NCBI RefSeq assembly: GCF_006345805.1
Contig: NC_042999.1
Location: 41,230,001-41,294,000 of the forward strand
Direction of reading: 5' to 3'
DNA: 64,000 bases
Origin: Octopus sinensis
Lineage: Eukaryota
Made by a program: the position numbers and the translations under genes. Shown here one piece after another: positions 1 to 12,245 of the stretch (position 1 is its first letter; every line of letters begins with the position of its first letter). The notes under the pieces are model-generated. The model made no database searches and had not been told where the DNA came from. It saw only the letters and a program-made list of their open reading frames with translations.

Positions 1-2
1 AC

Positions 3-33
<31 letters not shown>

Positions 34-242
34 GAAAGTAAACAGTTATGAAATTTCAGACAAATCGTTATCAGTCGTATCATTTTATTTCTAATGCCGT
101 TTCATGATATTAACTAATTAATTTCAATTACATTTCGATTATTCACATTTCCTTCTTTCTTCTATTTATGTTTCAGAAGTTATAATGGTACACAATATTC
201 TTTCAATATATTTTACACCTTCTTAGGTAATACGGTGGTATT

Positions 243-270
243 GTAGTATATATATATATATAATATATAT

Positions 271-301
<31 letters not shown>

Positions 302-543
302 GTGTAAATATATGTATGTATTATATATATATGTGTGTAAATATATGTATGTATATATATATATATGTGTGTAAATATATGTATGTGTATATATATATAT
401 ATGTGTGTAATATATGTATGTATATATATTATATATGTGTGTGTAAATATATGTATGTATATATATATATATGTGTGTAAATATATGTATATATATATGT
501 ATGTATATATATATATATTATATATATATGTGTGTAAATATAG

Positions 544-576
<33 letters not shown>

Positions 577-997
577 GTATGTATATATATATATGTATGT
601 ATATATATATATATATGTATGTATAATATATATATATATGTATGTATGTATATGTATGTGTATATATATATATATGTATGTATATGTATGTGTATATATA
701 TATATAATATATGTATATATGTATGTGTATACATATATATATATATATATGTATGTATATGTATGTGTATATATATATATATATATGTGTATGTATATAT
801 GTATGTGTATATATATATATATATATGTATGTATATGTATGTGTATATATATATATATATATGTGTATGTATATATGTATGTGTATATATATATATATTA
901 TGTGTATGTATATATGTATGTGTATATATATATATATGTGTGTGTAAATATATGTATGTATTATATATATATATATGTGTATGTATATATGTATGTG

Positions 998-1028
<31 letters not shown>

Positions 1029-1073
1029 ATATGTATGTATATATATATATGTATGTATATATATATATATATG

Positions 1074-1114
<41 letters not shown>

Positions 1115-1163
1115 AATATATGTATGTATATATATAGATATGTATGTATATGTATATATATGT

Positions 1164-1194
<31 letters not shown>

Positions 1195-1210
1195 TATATA
1201 TATATAATGT
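243..1210. repeat. Compound (TA)n/(TATG)n/(TG)n microsatellite with a higher-order unit
   Basis: Directly visible. Unit GTGTGTAAATATATGTATGTA(TA)n recurs at 300-545. It explains the YI-rich ORFs at 365-1421. Confidence 0.97.
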
Positions 1211-2225
1211 ATACATGAATACAAATTGGTTTGGTGATGCAAACAGGAAAGTAGAATTCAAATGTTGTGTGCGTGTGTGCGCACGCGTGCGAGAGTGTAT
1301 ACTTGCGTGTGTACGTATTCTTTAATAATAATAGGCATAACCTACAGAGTGACTCGTAGCCCGAGAGTTTCATGCATTGGACCTCGGTACAGTAGTAGAG
1401 ATTAATAGTATTGTTTTCCACGTACTCTTTACTTTGCTCTCCACCAACACATCCTTCTACCCTGTATGTGAGAAATTCTATATATATGCATAAACAATTT
1501 ATTCAATATATGTCAGTGTTTAAAAAATATTTCCTTGTCTCTACGATGCTCACCGAGACCGGAGATCAACCAAACAGCATGACTGACTGTACTAGATTCC
1601 TCTGTGGACGAAGCTCCAGCCGTTCGCAGGGTTACTCAAAAGTGCTACAGGTACTGATTTTCAAGTGACTACTAAATGAAGCACGTTAAATAAAGTACCT
1701 TGCTAAATAGACTCAAGACTACAACATGTTTTTTGGTGCAAGGATTGAAACCTCGACCTAAAGTTCATGAGCACAGATCTTAATCAAATCAATTGTCTTT
1801 ACTCTCTACTTGTTACTGATACTTTATAATTTACACCTGACAATTGTAGAAAACATTGTATGCATAGTATTGTTATCAGTTGTAATCTAATATGGTTAAA
1901 ATAATGATACACTTTAGTAAAACTAACTACTTTATACTAACACTGTGAAAACAGAGTGGATTACTAATTCCGCATTAAAACGTTATTTATTTTGTATGCA
2001 CCAGGCTGATTCGGATATAGATTTTATGAATAATTAATGTAGGCAGATGCACTGGGATTGTATCTGGAATATTGCCCAGTGGCGATAACCTTGAAATCTA
2101 AACTGAATAGTACTCGACAAAAGAATCCAGCATGCGCATCTCTTATTTATACGTTATTTTTGCATCAAACAAATAGTAAAATTCTGAACCTCGCCAATGG
2201 TTAAATATTGTCCATAAAGCAAAAT

Positions 2226-2450
2226 TACTCTTTTACTCGTTTCAGTCATTTGACTGTGGCCATGCTGAAGCACCGTCTTTAGTCAAGCAAATCGCTCCCA
2301 GGACATATTCTTTGCAAGCCTAGTATTTATTCCATCGTCCTCTCTTTTGCTCAACCGCTAAGTTACGGGTACGTAAACACACCACCGTCGGTTGTCAAGC
2401 GATGTTGGGGGGACAAACACAAACACATAAACACATATACACATGCATAC

Positions 2451-2519
<69 letters not shown>

Positions 2520-2690
2520 CATATATACGACGGGCTTCTTTAAGTATCCGTCTACCAAGTCAACTCTCAAGGCTTTGGTCGGCCTGAGGCTATAGTAGAA
2601 GACATTTGCTCAAGGTGCCACGCAGTGGGAATGAACCCTGAACCATGTGGCTGGTAAGCAAGCTACATACCACACAGCCACTCCTGCGCC
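2226..2690 (-). mobile_element. tRNA-derived SINE (family C: GGCTGTGTGGTAAGTAGCTTGC head, CORE/Meta-like CCTTGGGCAAG core, internal microsatellite, CAGCATGGCC...CAGTCAAATGACTGAAAC tail), near full length
   Basis: Reverse complement aligns by eye with the + copy at 61973-62350. Confidence 0.85.
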
Positions 2691-2789
2691 TATGATTGTT
2701 TTTTTTTAGCACAGACGATCATGTGGTTTTGAGTTCAGTTTCACTCTTCGGCACATTGGACATATGCCTTCTACTATGGTCGCAAGCCG

Positions 2790-3090
2790 ACTGGCACCTT
2801 TTGAGTGAAGTTGGTAGACGAAAAACTCTGCAGAAGCCCGTCATATATATGCATACATATGTATGTATGTGTATGTGTGTGTGTGTCATTATGTTTGTGT
2901 GTGTCTTCTCCCTACCACTTCACAACGTGTGTCGGCTGCTTTATGTCCCCGTAATTTAGCTGTTTGGTTAAATGTTTCGATAAAATAAATGGCTGACTTT
3001 AAGAAAATAAGTTTTGGGATCGATTGCTTCGACCAGACTCTTCAACACAGGTGTCCAAGCATGACAGGTTTCCAATTACTGTAACAGATA
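2790..3090 (+). mobile_element. Partial, diverged family C SINE
   Basis: TTGAGTGAAGTTGGTAGACGAAAACTCTGCAGAAGCCCGTC followed by degraded tail motifs shared with other copies. Confidence 0.7.
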
Positions 3091-3309
3091 AAAGATAAAA
3101 GAGGCTATTTAACCGATGCATATTTTGTTATGAAGTTCAAAGATATTTACTTATTCAAAGAAAGCAGTATTTTTAATTGTGTTGCTTCTTATCTGTAGTT
3201 ACTTGAGCTTTCCTTTTTATATGGTATCGAGTTGCTCCCAGATATCCATTCAGAGAAATAGGCTATTATCAATTTTTTTTTTACTTAAGATATTGAAGTT
3301 TTACTACAT

Positions 3310-3625
3310 GCTGTGATATCGGGATGAAAAGCAAAGTCGATCTCCGCAGAATTTGAACTCAGAATGTAAAGACGGATAAAATGACAAAATACCTACTCCT
3401 TTACTACCCACAAGGGGCTAAACACAGAGAGTACAAACAAGGAGAGACAAGCGGATTAAATCGATTATATCTGCCCCAGTGCGTGACTGGTACTTAATTT
3501 ATCGACCCCGAAAGGATGAAATGCAAAGTAGACGTCGGCGGAATTTCAACTCAGAACGTAGCGGCAGACGAAATACCGCTAAGCATTTCGCCCGGCGTGC
3601 TAGCGATTCTGCCAGATCGTCACAC
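3310..3625 (-). mobile_element. tRNA-derived SINE family A (GGCGAGCTGGCAGAATCGTTAGC head; GTCGACTTTGCCTTTCATCC core), one copy plus a fragment
   Basis: GGATGAAA..CAAAGT.GAC.TCGGCGGAATTT.AACTCAGAACGTA matches copies at 56806-57027 and 63635-64000. Confidence 0.85.
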
Positions 3626-4059
3626 TTGTCCCAATATAAAATATTAACATCAGCATTATTATTATTGTTCATGCTGTTCTGTTCAAATTATGTGGGCCTA
3701 TTGTTGCATTTCTCCTATCTTGGTGTCGAAAAACTGACCCCTGCCAAATCTTGGAAGTCCATTTAATCGATTATAGTAGAGACCTCCATCTTTATTATTG
3801 TTGAGGCTGATATTGTTGTGCTGTTCATAATGTTGTTATAGAGATATTAGCGGTCTCATGCGGAAACACGCTGTACTTAATGAGATTTCCTGTTTTTAAA
3901 TTAAGCATGAAGCCACATATTTACATTCAAGGAACGTGACGATTTGACATGTTTCAAGCTCCCAAGGAATTAGGAAAACAAGTGAAGCGGTAAATCTACT
4001 AATAGGGAACGTTATCGAAAACAAAGTCTACTGCAATAAAAAGGACCATAGTGATTTCA

Positions 4060-4094
4060 GTGTCCGACGAAATCACGTATGAAACTAGTAAAAC
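4060..4094 (+). ncRNA. Minimal type I hammerhead-like motif, U4C core variant
   Basis: GTGT-CCGACGA-A-AT(CACGT)AT-GAA-ACTAGT-A-AAAC. Stem III is palindromic, stem II is weak, and stem I has 3 of 4 pairs. Confidence 0.5.
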
Positions 4095-5054
4095 CGAATT
4101 TCTGCTGGATTTCAACTGACGATTCTGAAGTTTAGACGTGAAAATATAATTCGCATTCAGGTCACGTGCATCGGTAAAAGTTGATATTCAAGACGAGAAG
4201 AGAATAAAGGAAGAGAGAGCTGACGAATCCCAAGTTATCAGTTGCCTTGTATAATTTATGAGCATTAATAGATATCAGAATAACAGAGCATTGTTTGAAG
4301 TGATAAATTTAACCGACTCTGGGCAGTTCAAATGCTAGGTCGAACGCGTTAGAATTTGAAAGCAGATATAAGTAAGACGCTAGTTGGTATGTTATGGTTT
4401 TGTATTACTCGTTCAGAAAAATAATATTTACAATATAAATAACAAGAACTGAACATTGCACTATTTTATTACCAAATATTTCGAAATTTATCGTTTCGTA
4501 ATGAAAAAATGCAGACAAAAAAAAAGGAAGAACCTATCTATGAAATTGCAGAGAATTCCTCAACTTTTGGATTTACGTTTTTATCCTGTTATTTTGACAT
4601 TTACTTTGTTTCACATTCCAGTCTGAATGCAATAACTTTTCCTAGATGTTCCTAAAATAAAGTCCATCTGTTTGACAAGGGTCGTGCCCCTTTAGTTAAT
4701 ATACACCGGATATACAACCTATATGAAATGTTTCCAAGTGACATAAATCTCTTTTTCTGTCAGCAATAGACTAACCTAACTTCACTCACTCAAAAGTATT
4801 AGTTGCCACCTCCAATTGTGTTTTTGTTTCATCCGACCTCTTCTTCTTTCTGTCTTTCATATTTTATGTATTAACTACTACCATTGTTTTCTACGCAAGC
4901 TTGTCATGAATAGCCGTAATGTCGAAGACGATGATGATTGATGATGAAGTTGGTGGTGATGATGGCGACTACGATGGCGACACGAATACTTTGCACAAAG
5001 AGAATAATTTTTGGTTTGAAATACATGGGGGGAAAAAACACAACCAGCTAACAC

Positions 5055-5089
<35 letters not shown>

Positions 5090-6149
5090 CCAGGAAAAGG
5101 AAGAGTATAAGTATGATGTGCTGGTGATACGAATGCTGTTACTACTCTCTGTTATATTATTGTAGTAAATATTTGCTCTTATGCTTCTCCATATTCCTGG
5201 CCAATTCCTTATTGGTCCTCAATTCCAAATGCAATGCTACGAACATTTCTATTGGCCTCATCAGTATGTTTTCTCTTCTTCAAACTTCTTCTTCTTCTTC
5301 TTCCACCAAATTATTATTCCAAAACAACTACCATTAGAAAATTTTAAGAAATAGTGAGTCTTATTGTTAGGGAGGTACCGAAATTTATCGTTCAAAAAAT
5401 TTGGAAGCTAAGGTGAGTTTGGTGAGATTCGAACTCTATACACTCAGGAGCAATCAAACAACACAAAGGTGGTAGTACTGAACTAGTACTTATTTTTTCG
5501 GCCCCACGGAAAATTAAATTTCACATAGATAGGTTTCCAGCAGAGTTTGATAGGGGACAAACAGAGCAAAGCATTATAATCGATGTTCTAAGACATTTCG
5601 AAGTTACGAACGGTCAGTTTTATATATAACATTGCAAATAAGAATTCTATATTATATATGTACTCGTTGAAAACATTGTAATCAAATTTCTTGGAGGTTA
5701 TATAGAGCGATGAAATGAGTACTAAAAAGTGAAATATTTAAAAAAATAAGCTATTTTGAGAAGTAAAATATTTATGAGATGAAAATAAAATAAATTAAAC
5801 AGATTTTTGATTTGTATATTTACAATAAATAAGTGTAACTATTTTTCTAAATCTTTTGAACGTAATTGCAATTTAATAAATCGAAAACCCATCACTGTAA
5901 AATTTCATAAAAACGGTTTACCTTTCAGAAAATGAGAAAGTACTGATCTTATATATATATATATCTATCTTCAAATCTTTTTTTTTCTATTTTTTGCCGA
6001 CTCTCCTCGTGTTTGGCAGGAAAATCAACCAAACACCAACCCATGATGCATTATGTGGTATGAAGCTTCACCAGCAGACGGTGCCAGGTTCAGTTCCACT
6101 ACATGTCACCTTAAGCAAGTGGGACTGAACCAAAGCCCTATGATTGGGT

Positions 6150-6430
6150 TTGGTTGTTGAGACCCCCTTCGTTCATGACTGACCATGGGATTGCACCTAG
6201 AAAGTTACTCTCCCAGGCACAAGTCTGGGCAAGGTTGTTTATGGAAGACCAGCATTCGCTTACGCATAGCGCCTCCCCTCTCCACACTAGTGTTATCTAA
6301 GGGAAAGGCAAAGGCCGATACAGCTTGGCACCTGTGGCATCGCAACTCATTTCTGCAGCCTAGTACGGATTCGAACTCACAACCTCACGATCGTAAGCCC
6401 GACGCTCTAACCACTGAGCCATGCGCCTTC
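6150..6430 (-). mobile_element. tRNA-derived SINE (family E), internally deleted
   Basis: Reverse-complemented tRNA-like head GATTCGAACTCACAACCTCACGATCGTAAGCCCGACGCTCTAACCACTGAGCCATGCGCC at 6368-6428, with a GC-rich body. Confidence 0.75.
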
Positions 6431-6678
6431 ACTTGGTTTGGTAGGCATCACACATATGTATATATATGTATTTGTGTGTGTGCGCCCTCTTACCTACTGC
6501 TTGACAACTGATGTTGATGTGTTTCACTCCCCGTAGAGTCGAGGTTCGGAAAAGAGAGAAAGCTAAAATAAGTGGGGCTTAGTCATTCGACTACAAATTC
6601 TTCAGAAAAACAAATGACGTAGACAGATGAATGAACAACAACCAGATGTATTACTTTGACGCTCGGGGAAGTAGGAAA

Positions 6679-6715
6679 CTTTAAACGTTTCGAGGCTAAG
6701 CTCTTCAACAGAAAG
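6679..6715 (-). ncRNA. Hammerhead-like motif, A6U variant, in a short microsatellite-flanked element (about 6605-6762)
   Basis: Minus strand: CTTT-CTGTTGA-A-GAGC(TTAG)CCTC-GAA-ACGT-TT-AAAG. One stem II mismatch. Confidence 0.55.
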
Positions 6716-6877
6716 GAATAGGAGAAAGTAAAGAGAGAATAAAAAATTATTCTGGATTAACGACACACACACACACTCACGTATGTATTCGCATGTATAC
6801 ACGTACGAACAAATATACACACGCATATATCTATCTATCTATCTGTCCGTTTATCTTTCATTTCTTTGTATGTGTGC

Positions 6878-6908
<31 letters not shown>

Positions 6909-7012
6909 CCGGAGTAAGCACATAAATGTGAAACAAGGTGGTAAAGAGAGTACTCAAATACCAGAGGCAGAATAATATGCTTTATTTAAAAGCAGAAGAA
7001 ATATAACAAAAG

Positions 7013-7048
7013 CTGTTATTCAGTTTCCCGTTCCTGTTCGTCGGACAA
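7013..7048 (-). ncRNA. Decayed partner hammerhead-like motif (U4C)
   Basis: Minus strand: TTGT-CCGACGA-ACA(GGAA)CGG-GAAA-CTGAA-TA-ACAG. The 5' core is retained; stems II and III are damaged. Confidence 0.5.
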
Positions 7049-7057
7049 TTTATGAAA

Positions 7058-7095
7058 CTGTCCGACAAACGGGAACGTGAAACTCTGAGTAACAG
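7058..7095 (+). ncRNA. Minimal type I hammerhead-like motif (U4C, plus G8A in this copy)
   Basis: CTGT-CCGACAA-ACG(GGAA)CGT-GAA-ACTCTGAGT-A-ACAG. Stem I CTGT/ACAG and stem II ACG/CGT are both perfect. Confidence 0.65.
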
Positions 7096-7132
7096 CTTTT
7101 GTTATATATCTGTTGCTTTTAAATAAAGTATA

Positions 7133-7509
7133 TATATATATGTGTGTGTGTGTTTGTATATATGTTTATATATACGCGTGTGTTTATATATATATAAAGA
7201 TATTCAATACATGAATATAGTTAATTTCATATAAAATGTTTATATGTTGATATATATATATATCTATATATATATATATATATATATGTATAGATAGATA
7301 GATAGGTATGTGTGTGTGTGTATTTACATATATATTTATATATGTTTATATGTATATATATATATGTTTTTGTATATATGTTTATATATATTTGTATATA
7401 TATATATATTGTTTATGTATACGTTGGTATATGTATATTTATATATATATATATTATTATACACGCACGCACACACACAAACACACATATATATATATAT
7501 ATATCTGTA

Positions 7510-7540
<31 letters not shown>

Positions 7541-7549
7541 CTATATATA

Positions 7550-7584
<35 letters not shown>

Positions 7585-7585
7585 A
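7133..7585. repeat. Compound (TA)n/(TG)n/(TAGA)n microsatellite region
   Basis: Directly visible. Confidence 0.9.
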
Positions 7586-8727
7586 TACTTACACAGATAA
7601 ATATCCACCGGGGTTCATATTAAGAAAATATCAAAGCCTCTTTCTCTGCATATCAATCAATTTTATTTTAAAAAGAAGGAAAAAAAATCAGAATAAAAAG
7701 ATAAAGTGCAGCAAGGAATGTACATGCTGCTTGCTATATTACCCTATAACAATCTACATATTCGATTATAATCCACATAAATATAGTTACATTACGAAAA
7801 AAAAAGTTATATATAAATTGTTGTGTAAATCAATACATGAATATAGTAAATATCATATAAAGGTTCTTCACACTTGCAATTTATGGCATAACACTTTGCG
7901 ATTTTATTAATGAAAAGACACTACGAAACAAATAAAGCAATATTGTTGGCCAAATAAATCATTGATTGTGTTATAAATGTAAAAGAATGTACAAAACAAC
8001 ACAGAAGAAACAATAATACAACACTGAACATTAATACATTAATATACATGCCAAACTGAAATAACATATCATTGTCATTATATACATTATATACATAAAT
8101 ATTTTTTCCTCGTGTCACACAATCCTTTTGCATGGAAAGGTTTAACCAAATATCTTTTCTGCTTTAAGAGGTAGGCTACAAGATATTATTCTGGAGAATT
8201 GCCATTCACGTCATTCTATTACGTTCAAGTATTTTCTGTTGGTTTTTGGTTTTTGTTAATTTAGTTCATTGTTTATTACTTTTGTCATTATTATTATTAT
8301 TGTTGTTATTATTATTATTATTATTATTGTTGTTGTTGTTGTTGTTATTATTAGTTTTTGTTGTTTTATTCTTCTATTTATATATGTGATAAGGATGGAA
8401 AGATGTGTGTTAAGAGAAGAAAGAAAGAGCTTGCGATTACAGGAACCAACCTTCTGTACTCTTGGATATTTGACAACTTATCGAATAGTTGCGTATAGAA
8501 AGCAGCACGTGAGAAAATACAAATGCTTGGAACCTAGCCACAGTTGTTAAACTAGAATTATAAAATTGAAGCGTACAAGTTAAAATAATTACTTAGAAAA
8601 TATGAAAATAAGGATATTAATAAGTTTCTTTTATTAGAAACAATGGAGGGTCTTTTTTTATAATACCTGAATCTATCTATTACATTGGCCAATACGAAAT
8701 CTTTGCTTGATATGTAAACAGAAACTG

Positions 8728-8905
8728 CAAAGCGGCAAAGTGGCAGAATCGTTAGCACGCCGAATACGATGCCTAGCGGCATTTCGTCCGTCTTTTATGT
8801 TTTCAGCTCAAAATCCGCCGTCGTAGGTTTTAACATTCATAAATAAGAACCAGCTGAACACTCCCTCGAAATTGTTGACCTTCTGCCAAAATTTGAAATC
8901 AGTTT
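8728..8905 (+). mobile_element. SINE family A, diverged
   Basis: GCGGCAAAGTGGCAGAATCGTTAGCACGCCG...CATTTCGTCCGTCTTT...CCAAAATTTGAAATCA. Confidence 0.8.
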
Positions 8906-9106
8906 GTATTCGATCAACTCAGACTAACTTAATGGAAAATGTTTCAGCTTTACTTCCCCTGTGTAGTGTGCTTGTTTTCTTATCACAGCATTACAAATCT
9001 TTGACGTAGATCGATAACATATACTGGTGATAATTTCCGGCTTTACCAACCTCTTGTCTATAGTTTCGCTAATAATCTCAATTGCGCTATCTTATAAATT
9101 CCAGCT

Positions 9107-9179
9107 TTCTTCTGAGCTACAATTATTTGGTTGAGCTTGCTTTATGAAAGCTCAACCAAATAATTTCAACTCAGAAGAA
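9107..9179. other. 73-nt hairpin (18 bp perfect stem, 4x4 internal loop, 10 bp basal stem)
   Basis: AATTATTTGGTTGAGCTT (9121-9138) pairs with 9148-9165. TTCTTCTGAG (9107-9116) pairs with 9170-9179. Confidence 0.85.
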
Positions 9180-9238
9180 GGCTCCGAGGATTATTCCAGT
9201 AGAAGGTACTGATACTACAAATAATCTTCCTATCTTAC

Positions 9239-9327
9239 GAAGCTGAAGCTAGCTGACTGGATCAATGAGTCTCTGCGAAATGTTCCCTGTTCTAGTAGTT
9301 GATTTATTTTTGCTATCGGACACCAAA
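9239..9327 (-). CDS. Candidate 89-nt internal exon, unknown product (xWCPIAKINQLLEQGTFRRDSLIQSASFSF)
   Basis: Acceptor ttttcctttcttccacag and donor TTC|gtaaga. One frame is open (phase 1 to phase 0). No homology recognised. Confidence 0.25.
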
Positions 9328-10786
9328 CTGTGGAAGAAAGGAAAAGTATCTAACTTTGAGACAATGCAGCAGTGGGAGCTACTTCGGGCGATGGGATAGA
9401 GATTTCCAAACACTGCATGCATAAACACCCTGTTGATCTCCCACTCCGAAATGCAATTGTATTGTTCAAAAACTATTAGGAGCGACGCTATTTACAAAAG
9501 CATGACGTAAACGAATCTAATGATCGATGAGGTCATGGTTGGATCGTGCCGCCTATAGAAAGAAACTCGATATTTACAGTTTAGCAAAGTTTCCTTCATT
9601 CGAATAAAATCTGTAAGTATCTATTTTAAAGATATGTTTAAAAAAATATAAGGCTAACTCCAGTATGATTAGAACTCGATATGCATTTGTTCAGGACTAG
9701 TTACGATAAAACATACACCTAGGACTCGGTGCCTAAGCTAACGGCTCCGACATAATTGTTTGCTCTAGATTTAGTAAGTTGATTACCAACCTTTAGAAAT
9801 GTAAATTAAACATGTGCTGTATTTTGTTCTATTCCACTAATTACTGCTTTCAAATACCGGTTACGTTATTATATTACATTCCATTCATGCTGGGTCAATA
9901 AAATAGTACCTGTTATGTACTGTTGTCAAATTGATCTCCTTTACGCTTCCTCTATTTGCCAAATAAGAGAAATCAATTTTTAATACAAATTTGATTTTCT
10001 GTCACAATATTCAAAAGAGCTATGATTTTGTATGAAGTAGTTTTAACAGCCTGTCATATCTTAAATAACGTTATCACGTTATCGCATTTAATTTGTTTCC
10101 GCCAAGTCACAGTGCAGACTACTAGACTTTCAAACAGTTTCTAAATTGTTACCTTGTCAACTGCTTTCATTACTAATCCTGTTTTCAAACTGTTACACAA
10201 GCTAGAATTAATAATGCGTTTAAAACCTCACCCATTTCTGGTATAGTGTTGTTTTGTTTCTGTTTTTCAAAATAACACATCAGTATTTTACGTTTTTTTT
10301 TTTCCTTCTATTTCTTTTTAAATACTAATTTCAGAATCTTTACTCTGCAACGAAAATTGAAAATCAGAAAGATAATATTAGCCGTTTTTTGTTTAGACGT
10401 ATAGAGGTTGTTTTTCTATTAACGCAGAGCAACAAAACGAAAAAGCAAGTTCAATTTACCCTGTATAAGTCTAGATCTAAGAACGAAATGTTATAAATCG
10501 TTGTGTCACATTACATTCTTAGTTTAAGGCGCTTCCAAGTCAAGCAGTCATATAGACATAATTGCATACATATTGAGGTTTAAGTCGAATTTGATCCTAT
10601 TGAGAAGGAGTTCACAGATAGATATAATTGTTCTGAAGGCGGTCTTCAACATTCTGTGCCAATTAAAACATTCTACACGTTTAAATACAACTCAAACATA
10701 TTTATGATGGACTTCAAAATAACGAAGATAGGTGGTGTACAAAACAAACAGATATATTAGTATAACGCTCAGGAATTGAAAAAGTC

Positions 10787-10820
10787 CTTTACGTTTCGAG
10801 CCTACCCGCTTATACAGAAA
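10787..10820 (-). ncRNA. Strongly decayed hammerhead-like motif of the 27575 family
   Basis: Minus strand: TTT-CTGTATA-A-GCGG(GTAG)GCTC-GAA-ACGT-A-AAGG. The flank TATTAGTATAACGCTCAGGAA is shared with the other copies. Confidence 0.4.
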
Positions 10821-10843
10821 CACACACACACACACACACCCAG

Positions 10844-10925
<82 letters not shown>

Positions 10926-11639
10926 CAAGAGAGAGAGAGAGAGAGAAAGAGAGAAACAAAAATAAATATAAATTTATATTAAAACCCTACGCGCGTTTCA
11001 CCAGTATTTTTGTTTGGAGCCATGCGATAGGAGTTTTAAATTCGTATAAATTCGTATAGATACTCAATCGCAACAGATCCTTAGGAAATACTTCATTGTG
11101 TGTGTATATATATATATATATATATAGTGTCTATATATATTTGTTTGTCAATAGCATATATGTTTCTATATGCGTGCGTGTATGTATGTGGGTGTGTGAA
11201 TATATATATATATTTATATGTATTCATGTGTGTGTGTGTGTCACTTCGTGTATTAAATTTTTGCTCATTAATAACCATCTGGAAGATCTTATCTTGATAG
11301 TAATTATTAGTTAATGTGTAAAAGTTACCATTGTTGGTGTTGTATTATTTTATATTTTCGTTGCGTTCGTACACATCACCGAAGATAATTCCTTAGCTTC
11401 TATCAAATTTCAGAACACCTTATAGAATCTTTGAAAGAGGTATATGTAATGATGACAAATATTTTGTGCTATTCAAGAGACATGTTTTCAATTTACATGA
11501 AAATGCCCCGCTTTCTGTGAAATTCTGTAGATTGGCGTACACAGCAAACTCATGTAATGTAAATTGAAACTCAGCTGAGAAGGTATATTTGGTTAGATAT
11601 AGAAATGAATTGGATACCTTATTGTATTTCAGGTCAATA

Positions 11640-11840
11640 TATCAGTGTGTGTGCGTGTGTGTTAAAGCATATATACGTATATACGTATGTGCACGTATGT
11701 GTATATGCTTTCCTCGGCGCTTGATTATATGTACGTCAAATCCACACGCTCACACCACACACTCACACATACATACATATATATGTGTGTGTGTGTATAC
11801 ATATACGTATACATTTATATATGTAAACATCTACACACTC

Positions 11841-11895
<55 letters not shown>

Positions 11896-12164
11896 GTTCT
11901 TTATAAAATTATTTTAGCATTCTCTATTTTGACTTATCTTTATATATATATATATATGTATATATATATGTATATATATGTGTGTGTGTGCGTGTGTGTG
12001 TATATACGCACACACATATAACTATGTGTATGAGTGCGTATGTATATATATATTCATGAATACATATAAATATATATATACGTATACATGTGTGTATGTA
12101 TATGCGTGTATATATATACATATGCGTATATATATGTGCGTGTGTTTGTGTGGGTGTATATATG

Positions 12165-12197
<33 letters not shown>

Positions 12198-12198
12198 G

Positions 12199-12232
<34 letters not shown>

Positions 12233-12245
12233 TACACATGTGTGT
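11640..12245. repeat. Compound (TA)n/(TG)n/(CA)n microsatellite region
   Basis: Directly visible. Confidence 0.9.

Larger units (their letters stand above)
6975..7133. repeat. Fold-back (about 70 bp arms, 11 nt loop) carrying two divergent hammerhead-like motifs; probable PLE inverted pLTR remnant
   Basis: 6975-7047 is the reverse complement of 7059-7133 with a few substitutions and indels. It abuts (TA)n. Confidence 0.9.

Noticed and set aside
5246-5264. Minus-strand CTGATGA-GGCCAATA-GAAA
   Set aside because: No stem II closure and no stem I or III.
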